From assembly GCA_964580935.1 (NCBI GenBank), contig CAZOLG010000001.1, positions 3,114 through 67,113 of the forward strand: 64,000 nt of DNA, in the 5' to 3' direction. Each line of letters starts with the position of its first letter. The stretch's first letter is position 1. Below the pieces are notes generated by a model that worked only from the letters and a program-made list of their open reading frames with translations, was not told where the DNA came from and made no database searches. The position numbers were made by a program, and so were the translations under genes. Positions 38,622 to 48,769 of this stretch are shown in pieces. Source of the stretch: an uncultured Methanomassiliicoccales archaeon (lineage in GTDB: Archaea > Thermoplasmatota > Thermoplasmata > Methanomassiliicoccales > CAZOLG01).

Positions 38622-39847
38622 TCAAGATCGCTCAGATTTCATGTGGTGCAGAATACAGCGGCGTCCAGGCGGAGATCGAGAAGGCGGCGGAGAGCGTGGG
38701 CGCCAAGATGGTCTATCCGGACGTGGACTACGAGGAGATCGACCGGGCGGTGGAAGAGTTCGGTTACCGCCCGGCCAGTGCTCAGCTGAGGATGCTGATC
38801 GCCAGGGCAGTACACCTGGTGGAGGGCAAGTTCGACGCCGACGCTGTGTTCATAGCATCCTGCTTCAGGTGCGCCGAGGGGGCGCTGGTACGCAACGAGG
38901 TGCGCAGGCTGATCCAGGAACGGTCGAGGCTACCGGTGGTGACCTACTCGTTCACTGAGAGGACCAAGTCCGGGCAGTTGCTCACGAGAATGGAGGCCCT
39001 GGTGACCATCGTGGCCAGGAAGGAGCTGATGGCCAGGGAGAGGCAGGTGGGCCTGACCGCTGGCATCGATTCAGGGTCCACCACCACCAAGATCATGATA
39101 CTGAGGGACAACGAGGTCATAGGAAAACACTGGTTGCCCACGGGGGAGGTCTTAGGCTCGGCGGAGACCGGCTATCAGAAGGCACTGGAAGACGCCGGTG
39201 TCAAGGCCAGCGAGATCGAGGGCATCGGCGTGACGGGCTACGGCAGGTTCATGATCGGCAAGAAGATGGACGCCAAGCTGATCCAGGAGGAGCTGACCGT
39301 CAACTCCAAGGGGGCCGTGTGGCTGGCCGACAGACAGAAGGGGGAGGCCACCATCATCGACATCGGCGGGATGGACAACAAGGCCATCACCGTCAGGGAC
39401 GGTATACCGGACAACTTCACCATGGGGGGCATATGTGCCGGTGCTTCCGGCCGTTTCCTGGAGATCGTGGCCAAGAGGCTGGACGTGAAGATCCAGCGGC
39501 TGGGCGAACTGGCGGACAGGGGCAACTGGAAGAAGGTGAACATGAATTCTTACTGTTCCATCTTCGGAATTCAGGACCTGGTCACCTCGCTGGCCGAGGG
39601 CACCTCGATAGAGGACGTGGCCTCGGCGGCCTGCCACAGCGTGGCCGAGCAGGTGTACGAGCAGCAGCTTCAGGAGATAGATATCCGTCAACCGATCATT
39701 CAGGTGGGAGGTACTTCCCTGATCAGCGGGATGGTGTCGGCCATGGAGGACATGATCGGCTCATCACCTATCGTACCCCCACACTCGCAGTACATCGGCG
39801 CCGCGGGCGCAGCGCTGTTGGCATCAGGATTCCTTGAGGGAAGGTAA
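38618..39847 (+). CDS. mmp15: Methanogenesis marker protein 15 (BadF/BadG/BcrA/BcrD-type ASKHA ATPase)
   Basis: [14 protein letters not shown] and [12 protein letters not shown] ATPase motifs. 409 aa. Confidence 0.85.
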   Translation: MIKIAQISCGAEYSGVQAEIEKAAESVGAKMVYPDVDYEEIDRAVEEFGYRPASAQLRMLIARAVHLVEGKFDADAVFIASCFRCAEGALVRNEVRRLIQERSRLPVVTYSFTERTKSGQLLTRMEALVTIVARKELMARERQVGLTAGIDSGSTTTKIMILRDNEVIGKHWLPTGEVLGSAETGYQKALEDAGVKASEIEGIGVTGYGRFMIGKKMDAKLIQEELTVNSKGAVWLADRQKGEATIIDIGGMDNKAITVRDGIPDNFTMGGICAGASGRFLEIVAKRLDVKIQRLGELADRGNWKKVNMNSYCSIFGIQDLVTSLAEGTSIEDVASAACHSVAEQVYEQQLQEIDIRQPIIQVGGTSLISGMVSAMEDMIGSSPIVPPHSQYIGAAGAALLASGFLEGR

Positions 39848-40404
39848 TGGAAATCATCGTCGAGGGGCCGGATGACTGGGGCAACGAGGCCTACGAGAGC
39901 CTACTGAACAGGGTTCTTGTGGACTTAGGGGTGACCACGTCCGTTGAGAGGGTGAAGATGATAATCGAACCGGAGGGTCCGCTCTTCCTGATCTCTCTGG
40001 TCACCAGGAAGGCGGCGGGTACTAGAAACCTGACCGAGGTGGCCCGTCTGGAAGAGAAGTCGAACGGCACCCGGATTACGATCACCAACGAGTCGTATGC
40101 CCCACGGATACTCTCCGCCCTGTGGCGAGTCTACGGCCGGGATCGTATCGACCAGCTGACCCGGCTGGAGATCATGGCGCAGGGACTTTTCCAGGAGGAT
40201 CTTAAGGGCCTGAAATTAGATCCCGGAGAGGAGCTGCGGGAGAAGGTGCTAGATGCCCTGTGGCGTGTGCTGCCCGAAGGCTTCAAAGTGCGCTACCGGC
40301 TGGTGGACGAAGAAGTGCTGACCATAGCCTCCACGGAGCACAGCATGAAGGATGAGTGGAAGAAACTGGCTCGAGAGGTGCACGAGGAGATGGAGGCTGG
40401 CTGA
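39847..40404 (+). CDS. mmp17: Methanogenesis marker protein 17
   Basis: 185 aa. Start overlaps the mmp15 stop by 1 nt. Position and size. Confidence 0.75.
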   Translation: MEIIVEGPDDWGNEAYESLLNRVLVDLGVTTSVERVKMIIEPEGPLFLISLVTRKAAGTRNLTEVARLEEKSNGTRITITNESYAPRILSALWRVYGRDRIDQLTRLEIMAQGLFQEDLKGLKLDPGEELREKVLDALWRVLPEGFKVRYRLVDEEVLTIASTEHSMKDEWKKLAREVHEEMEAG

Positions 40405-41330
40405 TGTACGAAGTTCTCATGTTCGAAGGTGGTGTGTACAAGATCAACGAGCTGTACGAGCTGGTGGATGATCTGGGAGGATTCATCCTGCAGAAGAGCC
40501 AGGCACAGCAGCAGATGACGGTGACCCTGGCCATCCCTGAAGAAGAGAGAGGGGTGATACAGGAGAAGACGGTGGAGCTGGGCGCAGAACTCACCGATGT
40601 ACCCCTGGCTGGCACAGAGATCGCTGTGGTGGCCCCTACTCTGGGCAGGCACCACATGCCCCACCCGGTGTGCGATATTGCCGAGCACCTGAGGAGGTAC
40701 GGCGCGATAACGGTGGTCATGGGGCTGGCCAGAGGAAAGGGCAGGGAGACCGCACAGATATCGGCTGAGGAGAGGCAGATTATTGAGGAATACGACACCG
40801 CCGTCTTCGTGTTAGGAAACTTCAAGAACTGCATCCTGGAAGAAAAGACACGACTGTTCGAGGACCTGGAGATTCCGGTGACTGTGGTGTGCGGCCCGGA
40901 GATAGAGGAGCTGAAGGGGTGTGAGGGGCTGGTGTGCGGTGTGGGCAGGAAGGCAGAGAGGATGCGGAGGGCGGAAGAGATCTCCAAGCTGGAGGAGACT
41001 GCCGAGGAGGTGGAGAAGGTGATCCGGGTGAAGAGAAAGGAGCTTGAGGAGGACCCGCTATTCGTACATCCAGCAGAAGTGAAGAAAGTGATAGAGGACA
41101 TGCAGGCGGTGAAGGACAGCCTGAGGCCTGCCCCCATCGTGGTACATCTGGACGGGCTGCGGGTGAAGATACCCTATGAGGAGTACGGGGATGAACTCGC
41201 GGAGATAGAGGTGTACGGTAAGAAACTTAGCGATATCGCCGAGATCCGGGGATCGAGCCTCACCGGAAGCACACTCATTACCATCCTCACCAGGTGTGAA
41301 GTACTGGCAAACGAAGACCAGTCTTTATAG
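40404..41330 (+). CDS. mmp7: Methanogenesis marker protein 7
   Basis: The likely start MYEVLMFEGGVYKINE at 40404 overlaps the mmp17 TGA (TGATG). About 308 aa. The ORF track's 40356 start is upstream. Confidence 0.78.
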   Translation: MYEVLMFEGGVYKINELYELVDDLGGFILQKSQAQQQMTVTLAIPEEERGVIQEKTVELGAELTDVPLAGTEIAVVAPTLGRHHMPHPVCDIAEHLRRYGAITVVMGLARGKGRETAQISAEERQIIEEYDTAVFVLGNFKNCILEEKTRLFEDLEIPVTVVCGPEIEELKGCEGLVCGVGRKAERMRRAEEISKLEETAEEVEKVIRVKRKELEEDPLFVHPAEVKKVIEDMQAVKDSLRPAPIVVHLDGLRVKIPYEEYGDELAEIEVYGKKLSDIAEIRGSSLTGSTLITILTRCEVLANEDQSL

Positions 41331-41414
41331 ACCGCTGGTTCGGACGCAAGTAGAACAGGAGCGCTCAAAAAGAAATATTAAGGTCTTCATCCCTCAATCA
41401 ACGGAGGAGATAAT

Positions 41415-41999
41415 ATGAAAGTATTGGGAATCTCAGGAAGTCCTAGGAAAGGGGGGAACACCGACATCCTGGTCAAGGAAGCTCTCAAATCGGCCGAAGA
41501 GAACGGAGCTGATACTGAGTTCGTAGGTCTTGCGGGCAAGGAGATCAAAGGTTGTATCGCCTGTTCCGACTGCGGGAAGAAGGCGAAGTGTGTGATCGAT
41601 GATGACATGCAGGAGATATATCCGAAGATGGTGGCTGCAGACGCCATCGTACTGGGCTCGCCGGTGTACTTCGGTACGGTGACTGCTCAGACCAAGGCGC
41701 TGATCGACAGGTCCTACTTCCTTCACAAGAACGGCAGGAAGTTGGCCGGTAAGGTGGGAGGGGCCATCGCGGTGGGAGGCAGGGCAGGGCACGAGATCTC
41801 ATCGATGACCATCATGGATTTCGCCACCATAGTGGGAATGGTGCTGCCTGGCAACGCCTTCGTGCATAGCTACTCAAGAGAGAAGGGCGCTGCTTCTGAT
41901 GAGGAGAACGCCATGACGGGAGCCTCCTCCCTGGGCGAGAGGATCGTGGGACTGCACAACACCCTCACCGGGAGGATGTCGTCCGACGAGATGCCTTGA
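41415..41999 (+). CDS. isf: Iron-sulfur flavoprotein (Isf) / NADPH-dependent FMN reductase family
   Basis: MKVLGISGSPRKGGNT flavodoxin-like start and compact CIACSDCGKKAKC cluster motif. Confidence 0.8.
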   Translation: MKVLGISGSPRKGGNTDILVKEALKSAEENGADTEFVGLAGKEIKGCIACSDCGKKAKCVIDDDMQEIYPKMVAADAIVLGSPVYFGTVTAQTKALIDRSYFLHKNGRKLAGKVGGAIAVGGRAGHEISSMTIMDFATIVGMVLPGNAFVHSYSREKGAASDEENAMTGASSLGERIVGLHNTLTGRMSSDEMP

Positions 42000-42021
42000 T
42001 CACTGAACAGTATCCAACTGT

Positions 42022-42426
42022 ATGACTATTAGCGAAAGGATAAACCGAAATAAATTCCTGTTGAGGAGGACCAATATGGAGATACCTGATCCTATTAGGA
42101 GGTCACTGGAAGAGTCGGGAGGACTGGGAAGGATACTATCGTCCCTCCCAGAGGACGATGAGATAACGGACCTCTCAAAGACCTTCCAGGCCCTCTCCGA
42201 CCCACTGAGGGTCAGGATACTCCTCATACTCAGAAAGCAGTCGTTGTGCGTGTGCCTGCTGAAAGCCCTGACCTCGGTACCTGATTCTAAACTGTCGTAT
42301 CACCTCTCCATATTGAAGGACCACGATCTGATTTCGGGTGAACAGGAGGGGAACTGGATCATCTATCGGCTGTCGGAGAGGGCGGAGAGGATTTTGGAGA
42401 AGCACTGCGGGCCCAGGGAGAGGTAG
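42022..42426 (+). CDS. ArsR/SmtB-family transcriptional regulator
   Basis: LSDPLRVRILLILRKQSLCVCLL...LSYHLSILKDHDLI. The start may be the internal ATG (MEIPDP). Confidence 0.8.
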   Translation: MTISERINRNKFLLRRTNMEIPDPIRRSLEESGGLGRILSSLPEDDEITDLSKTFQALSDPLRVRILLILRKQSLCVCLLKALTSVPDSKLSYHLSILKDHDLISGEQEGNWIIYRLSERAERILEKHCGPRER

Positions 42427-42855
42427 ATGCCTCTTGAAGAGAACCTGAAGGGTTCCTACCTTCTGGTATCTAATCTCAGCGATCCATCGGATATCGAAGT
42501 TGGGGCCCTGGGCAGGCTGCATTTTTCCAGAGGTATCTACGTCTATGCTGGCTCGGCCCTGAACGGACTCAACGCCAGGCTCAAGCGCCATTTCTCACAG
42601 CAGAAGACACTGTGGTGGCACATCGACTACCTGCTGGTCCATGCCGAGGCCTTGGAAGCCCTAGTACTGCCGTCAGAAAAGAGGCTGGAGTGTTCCCTCA
42701 ATCAGATGGTGGCTTCACTGGAGGGGTCAGAGGAAGTGAAAGGGTTCGGGGTCAGTGACTGCCGGTGCTCCACCCATCTTCACCGGGTGGACGAAGACTC
42801 CCTGAGATGCTTGATGCACAGCTTCAGAGATGAACTGAGGGTCAGGCCCCGATAG
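42427..42855 (+). CDS. DUF123 / GIY-YIG superfamily protein
   Basis: GSYLLV...GIYVYAGSALNGLNARLKRHF...WHIDYL pattern. Starts immediately after the ArsR stop. Confidence 0.7.
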   Translation: MPLEENLKGSYLLVSNLSDPSDIEVGALGRLHFSRGIYVYAGSALNGLNARLKRHFSQQKTLWWHIDYLLVHAEALEALVLPSEKRLECSLNQMVASLEGSEEVKGFGVSDCRCSTHLHRVDEDSLRCLMHSFRDELRVRPR

Positions 42856-42976
42856 AGGCCGCTCCTTTTCAGGCAGAGCGTTTGAGTGTTCTAGCCCGAG
42901 CATAACTGGTCAGCCGGTGCCCCATTTCGGGACTAGTTATTTCTAACCGGAGTCGAATCATGAGGAGAGTGATCTT

Positions 42977-43681
42977 ATGAAACTCGCGATAGTCGGGCAT
43001 TCTGATTCAGGAAAAACATCGATCATCACCACGATCATCAAGGAGCTGAAGGAGTCCGGGATCAGTGTGGCCACCGTCAAGCATGCGCACGGTGCCCACT
43101 CCCTGTTCCCAGAGGAAAAGGATACCACCCTGCACCTGCAGGCGGGAGCAACTCCGGTGGTGGGTATCTCGCCCAATGAGACGGCGATATACCTGGCGGG
43201 CAGTACCCCTCCCGAGGAAGTCCTGGGGCTACTGGAAAAGATGGCAGACCCCGATGTAATCCTGATAGAGGGGTTCAAGGAGAGTTCGTTCCCAAAGGTC
43301 GCACTGGGAAACGTTGATTCCGCAGACCCTGTGCTGCTCAGAGGGGAGAAGAGCGAGGATATCGTGACCGATGTGCTGGAACTGATCAACAGAGAGGTGG
43401 AAACGGAGAGAGTCCTGGAACAGCTACCTCAGCTGGCCTGTGGAAAGTGTGGTTACCCCACCTGCAGAGAACTGGCGGAGGCCATAGTAGAAGGCGACAA
43501 GACGGTCGATGATTGCAAGAACAGACCAAGGGAAGACATCCGCATCAAGGTAAACGGCGAGGAAGTTTCCGTGGGAGGTTTCGTTTCGGAGTTCGTGAGT
43601 AATACAGTCTCCGGGATGATCTCTTCGCTCAAGGGGGTGGAGAACATCCGAACGATCGAAATAATCATTGAGAAGCAGTAG
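42977..43681 (+). CDS. mobB: MobB (molybdopterin-guanine dinucleotide biosynthesis adapter) fused to a putative Fe-S/C-terminal domain
   Basis: IVGHSDSGKTSIIT P-loop, ATVKHAH, ILIEGFK. Then CGKCGYPTCRELAEAI. Confidence 0.75.
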   Translation: MKLAIVGHSDSGKTSIITTIIKELKESGISVATVKHAHGAHSLFPEEKDTTLHLQAGATPVVGISPNETAIYLAGSTPPEEVLGLLEKMADPDVILIEGFKESSFPKVALGNVDSADPVLLRGEKSEDIVTDVLELINREVETERVLEQLPQLACGKCGYPTCRELAEAIVEGDKTVDDCKNRPREDIRIKVNGEEVSVGGFVSEFVSNTVSGMISSLKGVENIRTIEIIIEKQ

Positions 43682-43858
43682 TGGGAGCAACCTCCGTCTG
43701 TAGGGAAGGCTCCGGTGCGATATAGCCCCGTTTCCTCCTCCACCTTGTCAGTAACTGGATACCGCGCTATACCCACTCTACAGGATTTTCTCAGGTGGTA
43801 CATCTCGGGTAGCGCATATTTCCGCCCGCTCAGGCATCTCAAATTGCCTTTTAGCCAA

Positions 43859-43868
43859 TCTATAAATA
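43859..43868 (+). promoter_or_regulatory. TATA-box-like element upstream of the structured RNA
   Basis: tctataaata lies about 25-30 nt upstream of the first base of the closing helix at 43892. Confidence 0.4.
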
Positions 43869-43891
43869 CATCGGGAACGCTATACTATAAA

Positions 43892-44159
43892 GCCTGAAGA
43901 GGGTAATCGGTGAAGGAAAAGGGAAAGTGAAGATCGGCTTCGGCCGGGAACCCTTTCTCTGAAACTTCGACCGGTCTTAGTACCGGTATACCCTAGACCG
44001 TTGCTAACGCAACGAATCACAGGGATCCTATTGCCTCAACCGGGCCCCAACTGAGAGGTTGGCAACGGTTGAGAACAGGAGAAGGTAAACAATCGGACTA
44101 ACCGTCATTCTGAGGAATGACTCCCCCGGTTGGAAACTCGCCGACCCTAAACTTCAGGC
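43892..44159 (+). ncRNA. Unidentified highly structured RNA, about 268 nt
   Basis: 8-bp closing helix GCCUGAAG/CUUCAGGC between the ends, extended by GGGU/ACCC and CGGUG/CGCCG. Five internal hairpins, including UUCG and UAAC tetraloops. TATA box upstream and a T-rich tract (tcgttctttt) downstream. No credible ORF. Confidence 0.5.
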
Positions 44160-44349
44160 ATTCTCGTCGTTCTTTTGAAGAGATAATCGTCTCCATCTTT
44201 GCGCGAATCATACCCTATGAACCGGTTCCAATCTCATGGCTTTGGATTGATACAGTTGGAGACCCAATGCCCTTTTACAGGAGGTTTAAAATATAATAAT
44301 GAGTTAAGGCAGATAGTTTGAGTTCATAATCATTCAGGAGGATCATAAT

Positions 44350-45936
44350 ATGGAAGCTGTCGAGGAGTCCGTACAGGATATCCCGGGATCAGCGTTGAAA
44401 AGGCTGAAGAAGGCGATCGGCGAGGACAATATTAAGGTGAGTAAGTTCGAGAGGGTGCTATACAGCCACGACCTTGCGCCCCTGCCAAAGGAGGTACAGC
44501 TGGCGTTCAAGAACGTGCCGGACATCGTGGTCAGGCCACAGTCCACTGAGGACATCAAGAAGATCGTGGAGATCGCCAACGAGCATGGAATTCCCATAAC
44601 GCCTAGAGGCAGTTCTACCTGGGGCCTCGGAGGTTCCATACCCGCGTTCGGGGGTATCATGGTCGACATGAGCGGAGGTATGAACAAGATCATCGATATC
44701 GACCGGGAGAACCTGTGCGTCACCGCCCAGGCGGGCGCCACCTGGGAACAGGTGTACGAAGCCTGTCTGGAGAAGGGTATGCTGTTGGGCTCTTACCCCA
44801 GCAGTTTCCCCAGCGCCACCCTGGCAGGATGGATATCCACCGGTGGAATCGGAGTGGGCAACTACAAGTACGGATCCGCTGCGGATAACATCCGTAACAT
44901 GGAGGTGGTGACCGCGGACGGGACGGTCATCGAAACAGGTTTCGACAAGATCGTTGATAACGGCGCGGGATACAACCTCAATCAGCTGTTTACCGGGGCC
45001 GAGGGAACACTCGGGATTATCTCTAAAGTCACGTTCAAGCTCGCCCCCGGGCCGGAGAAGATGAAAGCGGTGGCCTACGCCTTTCCAGATCTGATGGAGG
45101 CGGGAGAGCCTCTAGACGAAGTGTGCAAGTCCAGGATAGAGCCCCTCCACATATGGTTCAACGACGGGGACCACTATGATATGTTGAGGAAGGCCGGTAA
45201 GGACGCGCCGCAGGTGGGCAGCGCAACGCTGTTCATGCTGGAAGGGGACGAGACCATCGTTGACTACGAAGAATCGGTGCTGGACGAGATCATGGAGAAG
45301 CACGGGGGGGAGAAACTTAATCCCGATTTAGCACAGCACGAATGGGAAGAGAGGTGCTACGAGTTCAGGGCCAGAGAGATGGGGGTAGGACACATACCCG
45401 GAGAGGTGGTGGTACCCGTCAACAAGTTCAGCGCATTTGCCAGGGAGACCTATGATCTCATGTATGAGATGAAGATGGAGGGAGCGATCATAGGCATCAT
45501 GGCCGACAGGAACACGGTCATGTTCATGCCCTACTACTTCTTCGACCCCGAGAGCCTGATGAAGACCTCTACATCTTTCTCTTTCAACAAGAAGTTCTCC
45601 GACCTCTCCTTCAAATACGGCGGGAGGCCGGTAGGGTTCGGAAAGTTCTTTGCTTCCAATCTCGGCCGGATCCGCGGCGACGGCGCCGAAGTGATGAAAG
45701 GTATCAAGGACACACTGGATCCTGACGATATCATGAACCCTGGTACCCTGATCAAGCTGGTCACCAGGCACAATATCTCTATCCCCCCTCAGATCTTCGA
45801 GATGGGTATGAACATCATGGCCCTGGGCAAGAAGATGATACCCAGGGAGAACCTGGTGGACAGGAAGGCCAAGGAGTACGAGGTGGAGCGTAAGACCTCG
45901 AGGAAGAAGAGCCTCCACGAGAAGAAGGAGTGTTGA
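44350..45936 (+). CDS. FAD-binding oxidoreductase (GlcD / D-lactate dehydrogenase-like, FAD_binding_4 family)
   Basis: VVRPQSTEDIKKIVEIANEHGIPITPRGSSTWGLGGS FAD-binding N-terminus. 528 aa with a basic C-terminal tail. Confidence 0.85.
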   Translation: MEAVEESVQDIPGSALKRLKKAIGEDNIKVSKFERVLYSHDLAPLPKEVQLAFKNVPDIVVRPQSTEDIKKIVEIANEHGIPITPRGSSTWGLGGSIPAFGGIMVDMSGGMNKIIDIDRENLCVTAQAGATWEQVYEACLEKGMLLGSYPSSFPSATLAGWISTGGIGVGNYKYGSAADNIRNMEVVTADGTVIETGFDKIVDNGAGYNLNQLFTGAEGTLGIISKVTFKLAPGPEKMKAVAYAFPDLMEAGEPLDEVCKSRIEPLHIWFNDGDHYDMLRKAGKDAPQVGSATLFMLEGDETIVDYEESVLDEIMEKHGGEKLNPDLAQHEWEERCYEFRAREMGVGHIPGEVVVPVNKFSAFARETYDLMYEMKMEGAIIGIMADRNTVMFMPYYFFDPESLMKTSTSFSFNKKFSDLSFKYGGRPVGFGKFFASNLGRIRGDGAEVMKGIKDTLDPDDIMNPGTLIKLVTRHNISIPPQIFEMGMNIMALGKKMIPRENLVDRKAKEYEVERKTSRKKSLHEKKEC

Positions 45937-45942
45937 CTTCCT

Positions 45943-46089
45943 TTACTCCTCAGTATACTTCTCGGGATCGGAATCGAATTTTCTCTTGCATCCTGGAGCG
46001 CAGAAATAGTAGGTTTGACCCTTGTAAGTGGACTTCCACTCGGCGGTCTCCTCATCTACCTCCATTTTGCATATCGGATCAGTCGCCAT
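45943..46089 (-). CDS. YHS/TRASH-domain small metal-binding protein (copper chaperone-like)
   Basis: My own translation, below the ORF-track size cut-off: [48 protein letters not shown]. This is the classic DPxCxM...YYFC...GC...F...PEKY pattern. The start overlaps the copA 3' end by 11 nt. Confidence 0.8.
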   Translation of the reverse strand: MATDPICKMEVDEETAEWKSTYKGQTYYFCAPGCKRKFDSDPEKYTEE

Positions 46090-48595
46090 GTTTTTTCACC
46101 TCCTTCTTTAGATTGTAACGCCGCAGCAGCGCGGCGTTGGAAACTACGGACACTGAGCTCATGGCCATCGCCCCTGCGGCGATGATCGGGCTGAGCAGCA
46201 CCTGGAAAAAGGGGAAGAGGACACCGGCCGCTATCGGGATGCCCGCCGAGTTGTAGGCGAAGGCCCAGAACAGGTTCTGCTTGATCTTGGTCATCGTTTT
46301 CCTGCTCAACTTGATGGCCGCCACCACGTCCATGATCTCGTCCTTGACCAGTACGATGTCCCCCGCCTCAACAGCTACATCGGTGCCACTACCTATAGCA
46401 ATGCCCACCTCCGCCTGTGCGAGTGCGGGGGCATCGTTGATACCATCACCGACCATGGCCACCGTCCGTCCCTGGGCCTGCAGCTTCTTGATCTCAGCCA
46501 CCTTCCCCCTGGGGAGCACCTCGGCCAGTACTTCATCAACGCCCAATTCCTGGGCGATGGCCTTAGCCGTCCTCCAGTTGTCGCCGGTGAGCATGGCCAC
46601 CTTGAGCCCCATGTCCTTTAGCTGTGAGATAGCGGTCAGAGAATCTTCCTTGACCTTGTCTGCCACCGCAATGATGCCCATTAGTTCTTCTTCCTGAGCG
46701 ATGAACATCACCGTCTTCCCCTCACTTTCCAGCCGCTCAACCTCCTGGTCGTAGGGCAGCCAGCTCACCTCGTTCTCATCCATAAGGACACGGTTGCCCA
46801 GTATGATCTCTTTACCATTGACCTCCGCGATGACGCCCTTGCCTGGCACGTTTGCGAATGATAGACTCTCTGGGAGTTCAAGCCCCTCGTCCTCGGACTT
46901 CCTCACGATGGCCTCTCCGAGCGGGTGTTCCGATCCCTTCTCCACCGCAGCCGCTGTTCTCAATACCTCTGTTTCTTCGTAATCATTTGACATGATATTG
47001 GTGACCTCTGGTTCCCCTCTGGTCAGCGTGCCAGTCTTGTCGAAGACCATGACCTCCACCTTTCCGGCAACCTCTAGAGCTTCACCGCTCTTGATCAGTA
47101 TGCCGTTCTCAGCACCCTTGCCGGTGCCCACCATGATCGCCGTGGGCGTGGCTAGGCCCAGTGCGCAGGGACAGGCAATCACCAGGACGGTGATGAATAT
47201 GGAAAGCGAGAAAGCGAACCTGGGGGTTTCTATATCGAAATATGAATATCCCATGAAATACCATACGATCATGCTGACGATGGCGATGCTTATGACTGCG
47301 GGAACGAAATAGGCGGAGACGGTGTCCGCTATGCGCTGTATGGGGGCTTTGGTCCCCTGGGCCTCCTCCACCAATTTGATGATCTGCGAAAGCGTGGTAT
47401 CCTTTCCCACCTTGGTGGCCCTGACCCTCAGGACACCGTTCTTGTTGATGGTGGCCCCGATCACTCCGTCCCCTTCCCCCTTCTCCACCGGTATGCTCTC
47501 CCCCGATATCATGGACTCGTCGACCGAAGAATGGCCGTTGATGACTTCGCCGTCGGTAGGGATCTTCTCTCCAGGTTTCACCACGAATACATCGCTAATA
47601 TCCAGTTCATCGACGGGTATCTCTTTCTCTTCTCCATCGACTATCACCCTCGCTGTCTTGGCCCTCAGATCCATCAGGCTCTTGATGGCCTGAGAGGTCC
47701 TTCCCTTGGCTTTGGCCTCCAGGTACTTGCCCAGGAGTATGAGGGTGATGATCAACGCTGAGGTGTCAAAGTAAACATGCTCGAAGGCCAACGATCCTGG
47801 GAAGAAGACGATGATGACGCTGTAGAAATAGGCTGCCGAGGACCCCATGGCGATCAGGGTGTCCATGTTCGCCCTGCGGTTCCTAAACGCCTTGTAAGTG
47901 CCCACGTAGAACTGATAGCCGGCTACGAACTGGACCGGTGTGGCGGTGAGGAACAGTATGAAGTTTCCCCACTCTTCCACAAGAGCAAGGTCGGCAAGTT
48001 GAGTGAATTCGAAGGACAAAGTAAGCAAAAATGTGGGAACGCTGAATATCAGACTGAAAATGAGAATATCCCGCTGCCTATTCAGTCTTCTCTCTCTGGC
48101 CTCCTCTTCCGAGTCTGTCTCCTCGGCCTCGATGACCTCGTACCCTGATAGTTCGATCCTCTTCTTCATGTCCGATTGGCGGACGGACTGAGGATCGTAC
48201 CTGATGGTCACCCTCTCGGTGGCCAGGTTCGCGGTGGCCTCGTACACACCCTCCATGCTCATCAGTGCCCCTTCCACGCTCTTGACACAGGTGGCGCAGG
48301 TCATGTTCCCAATGGAGAATATGACCTCGTTGATGACCACATCGTATCCCGCCTCCCGCACCGCCTTGGCCATGCTGTCCATGTCTAACATGGAGGGATC
48401 ATAATCAACGACGGCCCTCTCCGAGGCCAGGTTAACGGTGGCCTCGTACACACCCTCCAGTGATAAGAGGGTCTCCTGTATGGTCTCAGCGCAGGTGGCA
48501 CAGGTCATGTCTAGAAGCCCAAAAGTCACCCTGCGTGTTTCCTTGACAGGGCTGTATCTTTCTTGATCAGCGCCCGGGCCGATATTATCTTCCAT
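46079..48595 (-). CDS. copA: Copper-translocating P1B-type ATPase
   Basis: Two N-terminal HMA domains ([22 protein letters not shown]), CPC transmembrane motif ([11 protein letters not shown]), [15 protein letters not shown]. Confidence 0.95.
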   Translation of the reverse strand: MEDNIGPGADQERYSPVKETRRVTFGLLDMTCATCAETIQETLLSLEGVYEATVNLASERAVVDYDPSMLDMDSMAKAVREAGYDVVINEVIFSIGNMTCATCVKSVEGALMSMEGVYEATANLATERVTIRYDPQSVRQSDMKKRIELSGYEVIEAEETDSEEEARERRLNRQRDILIFSLIFSVPTFLLTLSFEFTQLADLALVEEWGNFILFLTATPVQFVAGYQFYVGTYKAFRNRRANMDTLIAMGSSAAYFYSVIIVFFPGSLAFEHVYFDTSALIITLILLGKYLEAKAKGRTSQAIKSLMDLRAKTARVIVDGEEKEIPVDELDISDVFVVKPGEKIPTDGEVINGHSSVDESMISGESIPVEKGEGDGVIGATINKNGVLRVRATKVGKDTTLSQIIKLVEEAQGTKAPIQRIADTVSAYFVPAVISIAIVSMIVWYFMGYSYFDIETPRFAFSLSIFITVLVIACPCALGLATPTAIMVGTGKGAENGILIKSGEALEVAGKVEVMVFDKTGTLTRGEPEVTNIMSNDYEETEVLRTAAAVEKGSEHPLGEAIVRKSEDEGLELPESLSFANVPGKGVIAEVNGKEIILGNRVLMDENEVSWLPYDQEVERLESEGKTVMFIAQEEELMGIIAVADKVKEDSLTAISQLKDMGLKVAMLTGDNWRTAKAIAQELGVDEVLAEVLPRGKVAEIKKLQAQGRTVAMVGDGINDAPALAQAEVGIAIGSGTDVAVEAGDIVLVKDEIMDVVAAIKLSRKTMTKIKQNLFWAFAYNSAGIPIAAGVLFPFFQVLLSPIIAAGAMAMSSVSVVSNAALLRRYNLKKEVKKHGD

Positions 48596-48769
48596 CGCTG
48601 TTACAATTGTTATACCTAATAATCACTGTTCCGCATCAACAATCGCTTCGTGGCTGTATCATTATCATAAGTGAAGAATATCGTTAGATGCCAAAATAAA
48701 TTGAAAATATGCACCTATAGGATTAACAAACAGCAAACTTCATTACCTATCTCATTCAATGTTTAATAC

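Noticed and set aside
43892-44159. Considered calling the structured RNA either RNase P RNA or SRP (7S) RNA, because its ends pair.
   Set aside because: It has no GAGGAAAGUCC-like or ACAGAA...GGCUUA-like motifs, and a convincing RNase P RNA lies at 62919-63216. The universally conserved SRP helix-8 pattern (GNAR tetraloop flanked by AGCA/GGAA-type loops) is absent. It is left as unknown.
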